Positions 35,801-48,819 are shown, counted from the stretch's first letter. The stretch is 64,000 bases of DNA from Anaeramoeba ignava BMAN (GCA_028826165.1 JAPDFW010000001.1:41355-105354); one strand, 5' to 3'. Notes: generated by a model not told the origin, from the sequence alone. Numbers and translations: made by a program.

Positions 35801-38800
35801 TTGTTTTTCTTCTTCAGATTTGAAATTTTTTTTTGATTCCAATTCTTTGATTTCTTCTTGTACTTTCTTGTTTTTTTCTGTGAAAAGTTCCATTTCTTTA
35901 TCCAAATCAACTTCGAAATGTTTCATTTCTTTTAATTTTTGATTTAATAATATTTGCATCTTTTTCATTTCTTCTTGTCTCTTTTGCATTTCTTTTTGTC
36001 TCTTTTGCATTTCTTTTTTTCTTTTTGTAATTTCGAGTGTTTGTTTCAGTTGTTTTATTTTTTTCATTTCTTGCATTTCTTTCATTTTTTTGATTTTTTC
36101 CATTTCTTCCATTTTCTTCATTTTTTCCGATTTCTTCCATTTGTTTGATTTTTTCGATTTCTTTCATTTTCTTAATTTTTTCCATCCTTAATTCCTCTTC
36201 TTTTTCTGCTTTTTCGACTAATTGTTTTCTCCTTTGTTCTTCTTCTTCTACCATAACATTTTCAATATCACTAGCTAATTTTTGTTTTATTGCTTCTAAT
36301 TCTTGACTTCTTTTTATCATTGTTTTTCTTTTCATTTCAATTTGATCGATTTTTACTTGTAATTGTTTTATTCTATCAACAATTTCCATTTTTTGGTCTT
36401 GAATTAATTTTCTTTCTTCTTGAGATTCAAAATCATTTTTGGATTCAAGCTCTTCATAAACAGATTCAAGTTCTTTTAATTCTTCTTGTAAACTTTCTTG
36501 TTGTGCAGATAAATCTTCTATTACTTTTTCAATTTCCATTCGCATATCTTCAATTTTTGCAAGTTCTTTTGAGAGTCTTTCTTTTATTAACATATTTCGA
36601 TATCTTTTTTCTTCTTCTTCTTTTCTTCTTAATTCCATTTCATATTCATTTCTTCTCATTTCTTCTTCATCTTCTTTTTGTTTTTTCATTTTCATTTCAT
36701 ATTCTTCTTCTTTTCTTCTTAATTCCATTTCATATTCATTTCTTCTCATTTCTTCTTCTTCTTTTCTTAATTCCATTTCCATTTTTTTTTTCATTTCATA
36801 TTTTTTTTGTTTTCTCATTTTCATTTCTTCTTCTCTTCTTTTCATTTCTTCTTCTCTTCTTTTCATTTCTTCTTCTCTTCTTTTCATTTCTTCTTCTTTT
36901 TCTTTTCTTTCATATTCTGATCTCTTGCTTCTCATATCATATTCTTCTCTTCTTCTTTCTTCTTCTTCTCTTCTTCTCATTTCTTCTTCTTTTTCTCATT
37001 TCTTCTTCTTTCATTCTTTTCATTTTTTCTTCTTCTTCAATTCTTCGTTTTTCTTTTTCCATCTCCAAATTAATCTGATTTAAAACCATTTCTTGTGATT
37101 CTTTCTGCGAATCAACATCTTCATTTTCAACAACAGCAATAAAACTAGTTTTTGAAGAAACAAGATTGTATTTTTTTGCCAATTCAATTATTTTTTGATC
37201 CACATCTTTTTGTGAGAATTCTTTTTTCAACTCTCCATTTTCATCATGAAACAAACTTGTTCTTTCTTCCAAATCCTTTATCATTAACTTTGCGCCCAAA
37301 ATATGGAAAAGAGGAATTTTTTCAACATCATTAAATTTATTTGCCAGTTCAACTTTATTTTTCCCCATTTCAAGAATCCATTGAATTTTCTCATTTCCAA
37401 TAAACCCAGATAAAACAACCTTAGAATTACTGAAGAGATAAAAGGAGTCACTAAGAGAGGCACCCCAAAAAACGAAGAAGAGAAAACGTTGGTTTGCAAA
37501 AATTGGGGGAAGTTTAAAGGGAGCTATGGATTCTGGTTTGTGTGATAAATTTTCGAAATTGATTTCCAAATCAGTAATTGTTTTTTGAATGGCTTTTTTT
37601 AATTGTTGAACAACTTTTCTTCGGATATCTTTTGTTTCCAAAATAAACTCAGCTTCACCACGACCCGCGCGTGCCACTCCTTCAACAAGAGCCTTAGAAG
37701 CACCGTGTCCGATTCCGAATGTGAATACTCTTGCAAGTTGCGAGTTTTTTTGAACTATTTGGATCACTTCTGAAGTATTACTAACATCTCCATCTGTTAA
37801 TAAGAAAATTTGTCTTGAATAACCATCAACAGGATTTGTCTGAAAGACCTCATTCAGCACATTACCAATCTCTGTGCCTCCGAGATCAGCTTGCAAATTT
37901 TCTGCATGGTTCTTAGCTTTCTCGAGTGTGGCATCGTTGTATTTCTCGCTTTTGTCGAACAACTTCTCGAAATTTGATCCAAACCCATAAATATTGAAGT
38001 ATGAATTCTGCGGGAGTGAGTGGAGAAACACGTTCAATGTTTCTCGTACAGATTGTATTCGTAAGCCTGACATGCTCCCACTTCTGTCTACTAAGAAAAT
38101 TATCTCAACATTATTTTGATATTCTGATAAAGTTGGAAATAAAGTAATCATTGAAACTGATGAATCTTTATCAAATTCAGTTAATATTCGTGGAACATTT
38201 GGGTCTTGTTCATGAATAATTATTTCCAGATCCTTTTGTGATTCATTTTCCTGTGGTTTGATAGAAAATTCGCAGTTTTGACCCAAAATATTCGGATAAA
38301 TTTTGTGTGTAGTTGACTCAACTGAGACGATGTTACTTGTCATTTCAATATGGAAGTTAGCTGTATAACCACCTGGGATTTCCTTCAAATTCCAGAAGTA
38401 GCTTGGGTTTGTTTCTCCGTATTTTTGTGGGATGTATCTTGGTGAGATTATTGTTGGGAGGAAAAATCGATATCCTTTATCTGATGTTTCTTTTAGAATT
38501 GTTGTGTATCGGATTATCACAATACATTGTGTTTTTGGAAGTAGATTACCAACGTTCATTGTGAAAATGTCTTCTTTTTCTTCTTCCATTTTGATTCTAT
38601 TTTTTTTTTATTATTTAAATTAAAATTAAAATTAAAAATTGATATAAAATTGATTTAAAATTGATATAAATTTGATATAAAATTGATATAAATTTGATTT
38701 AAATTTGATTTAAATTTGATTTAAATTTAAATTAAATTTATTTAAAATTGATTTAAAATTGATTTAAAATTGATTTAAAATTGATTTAAAATTGATTTAA

Positions 38801-39743
38801 AATTGATTTAAAATTGATTTAAAATTGATTTAAAATTGATTTAAATTTGATTTAAATTTGATTTAAAATTGATTTAAAATTGATTTAAAATTGATTTAAA
38901 ATTGATTTAAAATTGATTTAAATTTGATTTAAAATTGATTTAAATTTGATTTAAATTTGATTTAAAATTGATTTAAAATTGATTTAAAATTGATATAAAA
39001 TTGATTTAAAATTGATTTAAAATTGATTTAAAATTGATTTAAAATTGATTTAAAATTGATTTAAAATTGATTTAAAATTGATTTAAATTTGATTTAAAAT
39101 TGATTTAAAATTGATTTAAAATTGATTTAAATTTGATTTAAAATTGATTTAAATTTGATTTAAAATTGATTTAAATTTGATTTAAAATTGATTTAAAATT
39201 GATATAAATTTGATTTAAATTTGATTTAAAATTGGTTTAAATTTGATTTAAATTTGATTTAAAATTGATTTAAAATTGATTTAAAACTGATTTAAAATTG
39301 ATTTAAATTTGATTTAAATTTGATTTAAATTTGATTTAAATTTGATATAAATTTGATTTAAAATTGATTTAAAATTGATTTAAATTTGATTTAAATTTGA
39401 TTTAAATTTGATTTAAAATTAAAATAGGAATTAAAATTAAAATAATAAATTAAAATTACGCAGTGTGGCCTTGAGCAATTGCATCATCATAAATTTCTCT
39501 TGCTTTTTCTTTTTCTTTTACTTTTCCAATAATATGTTTTTCACCAAGAAAAACTTCAAATTGACAAATAGCAGAAGAAGAATCCAAAGGAAAATTAAAA
39601 ATAGTTTCAATTGGAAAATTTGATTCATTTTCATATCTTTGACTAACAGAAACAATTCCAGTAAAATCACGAATTGAACAATCAATTACTGTTCCTTTAA
39701 GTGGAATTTGTGATCGTGTTTTTAAATCAATTAAACCTGTCAT
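32895..39743 (-). CDS. VIT-VWA (VWA5A-like) protein with a very long E/K/R/M/Q-rich helical insertion
   Basis: VIT domain (PIETIFNFPLD, GKVKEKEKAREIYDDAIAQG|A, FTMNVGNL); VWA MIDAS FLVDRSGSM, GGTEI, LLTDG, VFTFGIG; C-terminal LQKADGSW...WSTIIAI...EDEW..KAKLWL. Intron 39459-38597; several homopolymer frameshifts in the insert. Confidence 0.85.
38597..39459. repeat. Intron filled with an 11-bp repeat (TTGATTTAAAA / TTGATTTAAAT)
   Basis: Regular tandem array between the GT and AG ends of the VIT-VWA intron. Confidence 0.9.
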
Positions 39744-40041
39744 TTTGAATTGAAAATAAAAAATAAAAAATGAAATAAATTTTTTTAATTAAAAAATTTT
39801 TTAAAGTAAGAATTTGCTTTTTTTTTTTGCTTTTTTGTTTTTTAAAGTGAACTTTTTTCTTTTTAATTTCTTTTATTTTCTTTTTTAAATTCTAATTAAA
39901 ATTTCTTTTTAAATTTGAAAAAAATTTTTTGGATTTTAAAAAAAAAAAATTTTTTATTGTTTGGGAAAATTGAATTATTGAAAAGAAAAAAGAAAAAGAA
40001 GAAAGAAGAAAGAAGAAAGAAGAAAGAGAAAGAAAATTCAA

Positions 40042-42908
40042 TCATTTATATTGTGCAATATTTCTAATTTCTTGATCAACTCGAGCTAATAAATTTAAAT
40101 AAAAAATTAAATTTAATTTTAATTTTATTTTAATTTTATTTTAATTTTAATTTTAATTTTAATTACGATGATTTGATAAATAGATTAAAGTTTCTGAAAC
40201 AATTTGTTGTAAACTTTGATCTTCTGAATTTAAAAGAGCTAATAATTTAGGAACAACACCTAAATTAACTAAGTCATCAACAGTTGACACTAAAATATTT
40301 TTTAAATTAATTTTAATTTGAAATTTTGATTTTGATTTTTGATTTGAAATTTTGAATTTTACTCCAAAATTGTGATGGTTTTTCTCCAGAAAATCTTGCT
40401 ATATTTCTAATTGTAATAACTGCTCCAATTAAAACAAATACATTTTGAGATTCTAATAATTCAACAACTATTGAGAGTGAATCTGTTTTCTTAATCTGTT
40501 TTTGATTTTGCTCTTTTTAAATATAAAATAAATTTGAATTTGATTTAATTTAAATATTTTAATTTTGATTTTTGATTTGATTTTTGATTTGATTTTGATT
40601 TGATTTTGATTTGAATTTGATTTGGATTGATTGAATTTGATTTAATTTGATTTAATTTGATTTGATTTTGAATTGATTTTAATTTGATTTAATTTAATTT
40701 AATTTGAATTAATTTAATTTAATTTGATTTTAATTTGATTTGATTTTAATTTTAATTTGAATTTGATTTTAATTTGATTTGATTTAATTTGATTTAAATT
40801 TGATTTGAATTTAATTTGATTTGAATTTGAATTTGATTTTAATTTGATTTTGAATTGATTTTAATTTGAATTTAATTTGATTTTAATTTGATTTTGATTT
40901 TAATTTTAATTTGAATTTGATTTGATTTGAATTTGATTTAATTTGGATTTAAATTTGATTTGATTTAAATTTGAATTTGAATTTTGATTTAAATATTTGA
41001 TTTTGATTTGAATTAATTTAATTTGATTTAAATTTAATTTGGATTTGAATTTGAATTTAAATTTGATTTGATTTAATTTGAATTGAATTTGATTTTGATT
41101 TGATTTAATTTAAATTTGATTTAATTTGATTTTGATTTTGATTTTGATTTTGATTTTGATTTTGATTTAATTTGATTTTGATTTAATTTGATTTTGATTT
41201 TAATTTGATTTGATTTGAATTTGATTTTGATTTGATTTGAATTTGAAAATATCAACCATTCATAGCACAATTTGAAAGAGCACAAATTGCATTTGATTTA
41301 ACTTTCTCTTGCTCTGATCTAATAAATTGTAAAAGAAGATCCAAACCACCAACTTCACGAATTTTTTCTCTATAATTTTCATCTTTAATAAAAAAAAGAA
41401 TTATATAAACAGGAATATAAAAGATCTAAGAAAGTAAAGTATGACAAACCTGCATAAGCACAATTGCCAATAATAACTGCAGCATCAGCCAAAACATCAG
41501 GATCAGTAAATTCATCGATTCGGGAGAGAATTTTTTCCAGCATTCCCAATTCAATCATAATATCAACATTCTTAGTATTTCTGGAAGAGATTGTACAAGC
41601 TTTAGTGGCATGAATAACTTCGCGATAAACTTTTGATTTTGTCTTATCCAAATTTTCGAGAAGAAGAGGAATAACTTGAGAATCACGAATCAAAATTTTA
41701 TTTTCATCAGAAGCCATAGCAACGGCATAAATAAAAGATGCGCCTGAAAAAACAAGTTTTTGGGCTTCTGGGGATCCATCATTATTGGCTAGAAAATGCT
41801 TTTCAACAACCGAAAGTAAATTTTCGTTTTTGCATAAACGAACACTAAAATCTTCGTTAATAAGTGATAAACTAGAAAGTACTAATAGAGAGTCGCATTT
41901 GGCTTTTATGTCCTTGTTTTGTGTTAAAGAGACTAATATGCGCACTGTGTCTTCGGTGATGTCCTCAATTGTGTATTTGTTTTGCATAATGCAATCATTT
42001 AATAAACTGCAAACCCAACTTTGGAATTCAATATCATCAACTTGAATTAAATTTAAAAGTCTTTTTAAAAAGGATTTTGTGGATATCTCGTGTATTATTC
42101 TTGGGTTGTATTCAGCCATCCAACTTATGCATTGAATACTTGCAAATTGCAATTCTTTATTGTCATCTTCGATTAAATTTGATAATATTTCTGTTCCTTT
42201 GAATTCAATAAATTTTTCTATTATTTCCGTATTTTTTTTTAGTTTTGTGAGATTTTGAAATATTTCAATGTTTTTTTTGATTGTTGATATTTCTTTTTTT
42301 TCTTGTTCGCTCAATGTTTTTAAGGTTTTGATTAGTATCTCTATGTTGTCGTTTTGCAACATATAGTTAACATTTTTTTCTACAATTTTTTAAATTTCAA
42401 AATGAATTATAATTTTAAATTTGAATTTCAAATTGAATTTTAATTTATAAAACAAACTAAATTTTAAAGAAATTAAACTGAAATCTAAAAATTTATCTAA
42501 AATAGAAGCTTCATTTTTTAAAGTAGGAATTTGATTAAAAACAGCTTCAAAAATTTCAAATTGATCTGTTTCATTTAATTTTTCTAAATTAAAATTTAAT
42601 TTTGATTTTTTTTTGATTTTTTTGAAAGAAAAAAAAAATTTTTTTTATGAATAAAATTAATTAATAAAAATAATAAAAATAATAAAAATAATAATAAAAT
42701 CACCATCATTCATTTGTTTATTCAAATTTTCAATAAATTCAATTTGAGCTTCTTTTTCTAATTCCTTTATTATAGGAATTGAATCAATATTTGATTTCTT
42801 AAAGTATTTATAAGCTAAATAACTTCCAATTCCAACAATTATTCCTCCAATTACAAAAATTTTTAATTTTGATTTTCCATTTGATTTTTCTGTATTTTCT
42901 TTTTCCAT
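40042..42908 (-). CDS. Armadillo-repeat protein with an N-terminal transmembrane anchor (multi-exon)
   Basis: IFVIGGIIVGIGSYLAYKYFKK anchor. ARM-like repeats: VIPLLLENL, LGMLEKILS, EVGGLDLLLQFIRS...VKSNAICALSNCA, LGVVPKLLALLNSED. Confidence 0.75.
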
Positions 42909-43158
42909 TATTATTCTATTATTCTATCTTTTTCTTTTTATTTAAAAAAAAAAAATAAAAAAAATGAAAAAAATGAATTTGAAAAAAAATTTTTATTTTT
43001 AAATGAAAAGATTGTTTATTAGAAAATTATTTGTGATCTAAAAAAAAATGTTGAAAAAAAAGAAAAGGAAAAAAAAAGTTGTTGTTGAAAAAAATTTTCT
43101 TGTTTTTTTTTTTTGTTTAAAGATTTGGAAAGAATAGATCTTTTTTTTAAAAGGAAAT

Positions 43159-44826
43159 TTAAAATTGACGGAATTGTTTTTTGTTAACGATACCAACATG
43201 AGGAACATGTTTGATAACATTAAATCTGATAGTTTTTGATAAAGGTCTATTTTAATTAAAAAATTAATTTAAAATTAATTTAAAAATTCAATTTAAAAAT
43301 CAAATTAAAAATTCAATTTAAAATTCAATTAAAAATTCAATTAAAATTCAATTAAAAAAATTCAATTTAAAATTCAATTTAAAATTCAATTTAAAATTCA
43401 ATTTAAAATTCAATTAAAAATTCAATTTAAAATTCAAATTAAAATTAATTTAAAAAATTCAATTAAAATTAATTATAAAATTCAAATTAAAATTCAATTT
43501 AAAAAATTCAAATTAAAATTCAATTTAAAAAATTCAATTTAAAATTCAATTTAAAAAATCAAATTAAAATTAAATTCAAAATTCAATTTAAAAAATTCAA
43601 TTTAAAATTCAAATTAAAATTAATTTAAAAATTCAATTTAAAATTCAATTAAAAATTCAATTAAAAATTCAATTTAAAATTCAATTTTAAATTGATTTAA
43701 AAATTCAAATTAAAAATTAATTAAAAAATTCAATTTAAATTCAATTCAAACCTGCATTGTCCAATTGTTACTTCATCTCCTTCTTTTACTCTAAAACAAG
43801 GTGAGCAATGTGCTGGAATGTTTCTATGTCTCTTTTCGAATCTATTATATTTTGAAACATAATGAAGATAATCTCTTCTAACAATAATTGTTCTTTTCAT
43901 TTTTGTGCTGACAACAATTCCTCGAATAATTCTTCCTCTAATACTCACATCTCCAGTAAATGGACTATTAATTTAAATTAAAATTAAAATTTAAATTAAA
44001 ATTCATTTTGAAAATTAAAATTCATTTTGAAATTAAAATTAAAATTAAAATCAAAATTGAAATTAAAATTAAAATTAAAATTAAAATTAAAATTAAAATT
44101 AAAATTAAAATTAAAATTAAAATTAAAATTAAAATTAAAATTAAAATTAAAATTAAAATTAAAATTAAAATTAAAATTAAAATTAAAATTAAAATTAAAA
44201 TTAAAATTAAAATTAAAATTAAAATTAAAATTAAAATTAAAATTAAAATTAAAATTAAAATTAAAATTAAAATTAAAATTAAAATTAAAATTAAAATTAA
44301 AATTAAAATTAAAATTAAAATTAAAATTAAAATTAAAATTAAAATTAAAATTAAAATTAAAATTAAAATTAAAATTAAAATTAAAATTAAAATTAAAATT
44401 AAAATTAAAATTAAAATTAAAATTAAAATTAAAATTAAAATTAAAATTAAAATTAAAATTAAAATTAAAATTAAAATTAAAATTAAAATTAAAATTAAAA
44501 CTCTTTTTCCTAAAAAATTGAAAATTAAAATTAAATTAAAATTAAAATTAAAATTAAAATTAAAATTTAAATTTAAAATTAAAATTAAAATTAAAATTAA
44601 AATTAAAATTAAAATTAAAATTAAAATTAAAATTAAAATTAAAATATAAAACTTACCATTTACGATCAATATAAGTTCCCTCAATAGCTTCTTTTGGTGT
44701 TTTAAAACCTAAGCCAATATTACGATAATATCTTAATTTACTTCCTTTTTTAGATCCTAAAACTCTTTTTTTTCCTAAAAAAATTGCTTCTTGTTTTTGA
44801 AATGATTTTTCAGATTGTTCAGTCAT
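43159..44826 (-). CDS. RPS11: 40S ribosomal protein S11 (uS17), three coding exons
   Basis: [30 protein letters not shown]|[34 protein letters not shown]|[10 protein letters not shown]. Probable 5'UTR intron 44942-44830. Confidence 0.97.
44061..44500. repeat. Essentially perfect (AAAATT)n hexamer microsatellite in the RPS11 intron 43965-44656
   Basis: About 440 bp of uninterrupted AAAATT. Confidence 0.95.
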
Positions 44827-45129
44827 TTTCTATTCAAAAATGAATTAGAAATTTGAATTTGAATTAGATTTTGAATTTGAATTTGAATTTAAATTGATTT
44901 TAAATTTAAATTTTTTCTTTTTTATTTAAAATTTTCAATTACAAATTATCAGTTGGAAATGAACAAAAAAAATGAAAATAAAAAAATGAAAAAAAAAAAT
45001 TTTTTTTTTAATTAATTAATAAAAAAAAAAATTAATTAAATAATATAAAAACATATGTATAATAAAAAATATAGAAATAATTTAAAAAAATTTTTTTTCT
45101 CCTTTTTATTTTTTTTCTCCTTTTTTATT

Positions 45130-46320
45130 AAATCAAATTTATTTCTTAATTTAGTAATAAAATAAATAAAGTGGAATTAAATAAAATGATTTACTTTAAT
45201 TTAAATCAATCAATTTAATAAAGTGGAATAAATTTATTTCTTAATTTAAAAATAAAATAAATAAAATGGAATAAATTTATTTCTTAATTTTAAAAAAAAA
45301 AATAAATAAATTTTGGAATAAAATTAATTTTAATTTTAAAATTGGAATAAAAAATAAAATAAAAATAAAAATGGAATTAAATAAAAATAAAATGAATAAA
45401 ATTATTTTTATTTTTTTAAAATAAAATAAAAATTTAAAATAAATAAAGTGGAATTAAATTTATTTTTTTAAAAATTGGAATAAATTTATTTCTTAAAAAT
45501 AAAATAAATAAAAATGGAATAAATTTATTTCTTAATTTAAAAATAAAATAAAATAAAGTGGAATAAATAAAAAGTGAATAAAATTTATTTCTTAATTTAA
45601 AAATAAAATAAATAAAGTGGAATAAATTTATTTCTTAATTTAAAAATAAAATAAATAAAGTGGAATAAAATTATTTCTTATTTTTAAAAAGTGGAATAAA
45701 AAATTTAAAAATAAAATAAATAAAGTGGAATAAATGTATTTCTTAATTTAATAATAAAATAAATAAAATGGAATAAATTTATTTCTTAATTTAAAAATAA
45801 AAATAAATAAAATGGAATAAAATTATTATTTTAAATAAATAAAATAAAAAAATAAAATTAAATAAATTTATTTAATTTTAATTTAAATCAATCAATTTAA
45901 TAAAATGGAAATAAATTTATTTTTAATTTAAAAATAAAATAAATAAAATGAATAAAAAGATATTTTTTAATTTAAAAATAAAATAAATAAAATTTATTTT
46001 TTTTTAAAATAAATAAAAATGGAATAAAAAATAAAATAAAATAAATAAAATGGAATAAAATTTAATAATAAAATAAATAAAAGTGGAATAAATTAATTTC
46101 TTGATTTTAATTGGAATAAATTAATTTCTTGATTTAAAAATAAAATAAATAAAGTGGAATAAACTTATTTCTTAATTTAAAAATAAAATAAATAAAATGG
46201 AATAAATTTATTTCTTAATTTAATAATAAAATAAATAAAGTGGAATAAAAGTATTTCTTAATTTAAAAATAAAATAAATAAAATGGAATAAAAGTATTTC
46301 TTAATTTAAAAATAAAATAA
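45130..46320. repeat. Intergenic minisatellite, ~40-45-bp unit (AAATAAATAAAGTGGAATAAATTTATTTCTTAATTT)
   Basis: Many [AG]TGGAATAAA and ATTTCTTAATTT copies between the RPS11 promoter and the MINDY 3' end. Confidence 0.85.
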
Positions 46321-46411
46321 TTTGTTTCTTTTTTATTCAATTCAAAAGAAAAAAAAAAGGATTTTTTTTATAAACAAAATGAAAATAGAAAATAGAATGA
46401 AAATAACTTAA

Positions 46412-48819
46412 TCAACTTAAATTGCAACCTCCTTTTTTGGTTGGAACTTTTCTTCTTTGTCTAACTCTTGGAGGATTAATTTGTTCTCTTGCCAATCTTT
46501 CTTGCATCAATTGTTGATGTTGCAAAGCTTGGGCTTGATACATTTCATTTGGAGAATTATAAAAACGTTGTTGATTTACGTGTTGATTTTGATATAACAT
46601 AGGATTATCATAAACAATATCAGAATCAAAAGCTTGATTTTGAAGAGCAGCTAATTGACGTTGTTGTATTTGTTCTTCTTGTTGTTGTTCTCTTAATAGT
46701 TTTAATGCAAGTTGTCTATCTTTCTCAATTTGATTTGAATTTTGATTTGAATTTTGATTTGATTTTTGATTTGAATTTTGATTTGATTTTTGATTTGATT
46801 TTTGATTTAATTTTTGATTTAAATTTTGATTTAAATTTTGATTTGATAAATTTCTTGAAACATGAAATCTATGATTATAAAAATCATTATCTCCTCCAAC
46901 TGTTGTTAAACTTTCCCATACAATATGTGGTGAATCTTTATATCCTTCATCTGTCAAAAGTGAAAATAAATGGAATTTATACTTGAAAATTGTCATAAAA
47001 TGATTATTTCTAAAAAGAACCGCAATTTCATGATCTTTCAATTTGGAATGAAGTTGTGTTATTCCATAGAAAGTTAATTGTGATGGATTATCTTCAAGAA
47101 ATTTTTCAATGATTTTTCCTTCATAAATAATTTGGTTTTTTTGTTCTTCTGTCATATCTTTAAATGCTTCTTCTCTTTCCTTTTGAGTTTGTTTTTTAGT
47201 TTTTTCATTTTGAAAATTTCTCAGTTGCTCTTGAATTTTTTTGGCAAATTCTTCTTCTTTATTTTGTTCTTCAATTTCTTTAGTGAATTCTTGTTCTTTA
47301 TTTTGTTCTTCAATTTTTGGTTGATTTTGAATTATATTAGTGTCTTCACTATCACTACTTTCATCGAAATCGAGATCAACATTAAATTTAGGTTTTTCTC
47401 TTTCTTTTTCTTTAATTTCTTGAATTCCTTTTTCTTTTTCTTTTTCTTTTTCTTTAAATTCTTTTTCTTTTTCTTGAATTATTTGACTTAAATTTTCACT
47501 TTTTGAATTTGAAATTAATAAATCTTTTTTCAGTTTTATATCAACCATTTGATTATAAGATAATGGTGAAATAACTTTATGTGATTGAGGATCATCTGGA
47601 TCAGCAAGCCAACCTAAGTTAATTTAATATAAATTCATTTTAAAATTCATTTTGAAATTAAATTGAATTTAAAATATAAATTCATTTTTAGAAATTATAA
47701 ATTCATTTTGAAATTAAAATAAAATTATAAATTCATTTTGAAATTAAAATAAAATTATAAATTCATTTTGAAATATAAATTCATTTTGAAATTAAATTTA
47801 AAATTATAATTCATTTTGAAATTATAATTCATTTTAAAATATAAATTCATTTTAAAATTATAATTCATTTTGAAATTAAATTAAAATTAAAATTCATTTT
47901 AAAATTCATTTTGAAATTATAATTCATTTTAAAATATAAATTCATTTTGAAATTAAAATTAAATTTAAAATTAAAATTTAAAATTATAAATTCAATTTAG
48001 AAATTCATTTTGAAATTAAAATTAAATTTAAAAATTTGAAATTAAAATTCATTTTGAAATTCATTTTAAAATTATAATTCATTTTAAAATTTATTTTAAA
48101 ATATAAATTCATTTTTGAAATTAAAATTTAAAATTATAAATTCATTTGAAATTAAATTTTTAAATTAAATTCATTTTTTAAAATATAAATTAAAATTTGA
48201 AATTCATTTTGGAAATTCATTTGAAATTCATTTTTGAAATTCATTTTAAAAAATTCATTTTGAAATTCATTTTGAAATTCATTTTGAAATTCATTTTGAA
48301 AATATAAATTCATTTTGAAATTAAATTTAAAATTATAATTCATTTTATAATTCATTTTGAAATATAAATTCAATTTGAAATTAAAATTCATTTTGAAATT
48401 CATTTTGAAATTCATTTTAAAATTAAAAAAATACCATGAACAAGTCTTATATTTAACATATCAAACAAAGAACAACCAACAGTATATTCAAAACTTGTAA
48501 CAGAAGTAAATTTAACATTAACATCTAAACCAAAACCAAGAGAAGGCATTAATTCCATAATATCAGCTAAAATTTTTTCTTGATTAATTCTTAAATTTTC
48601 ATTTTTAAACGGTCTATTATTTGCAAGTAGAAAATTTGTTAATAAAGAAAGAAGTTGTGAATGTGAAATAATTTCAAGATTTAATGGTATTGGTATTTGT
48701 CCATTTAAATGTAACGCATTAATAATTGCTACTAACGGACATGGTCCATTTTGATTTTGAAGAACAATATTTTTTTCTTGTTTAAGAAATCTTGTTCTTT
48801 TTAAATAATAAAAATCCAT
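46412..48819 (-). CDS. MINDY1: MINDY-1/2 (FAM63) family deubiquitinase
   Basis: Catalytic QNQNGPCPLVAIINAL; IRLVHG|WLADP; QLTFYG; FRNNHF; LLTDEGY; MIU-like DRQLALKL; C-terminal CaaX (KKGGCNLS). Confidence 0.92.

Noticed and set aside
27950-37000. Frameshifts in the oxidoreductase and VIT-VWA genes (also BTB and MFS-2) as programmed frameshifting or pseudogenes
   Set aside because: They are scattered across unrelated, otherwise intact genes and are often at homopolymers, which fits long-read consensus error better. Transcripts are needed to confirm.
44008-44684. Long ORFs such as poly-(IK), poly-(LK), poly-(IL), poly-(NF) and (NKLI)n, here and at 10106, 19932, 21171, 24010, 25786 and 60462
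   Set aside because: These are translations of intronic microsatellites lying between GT-AG boundaries of recognisable genes.
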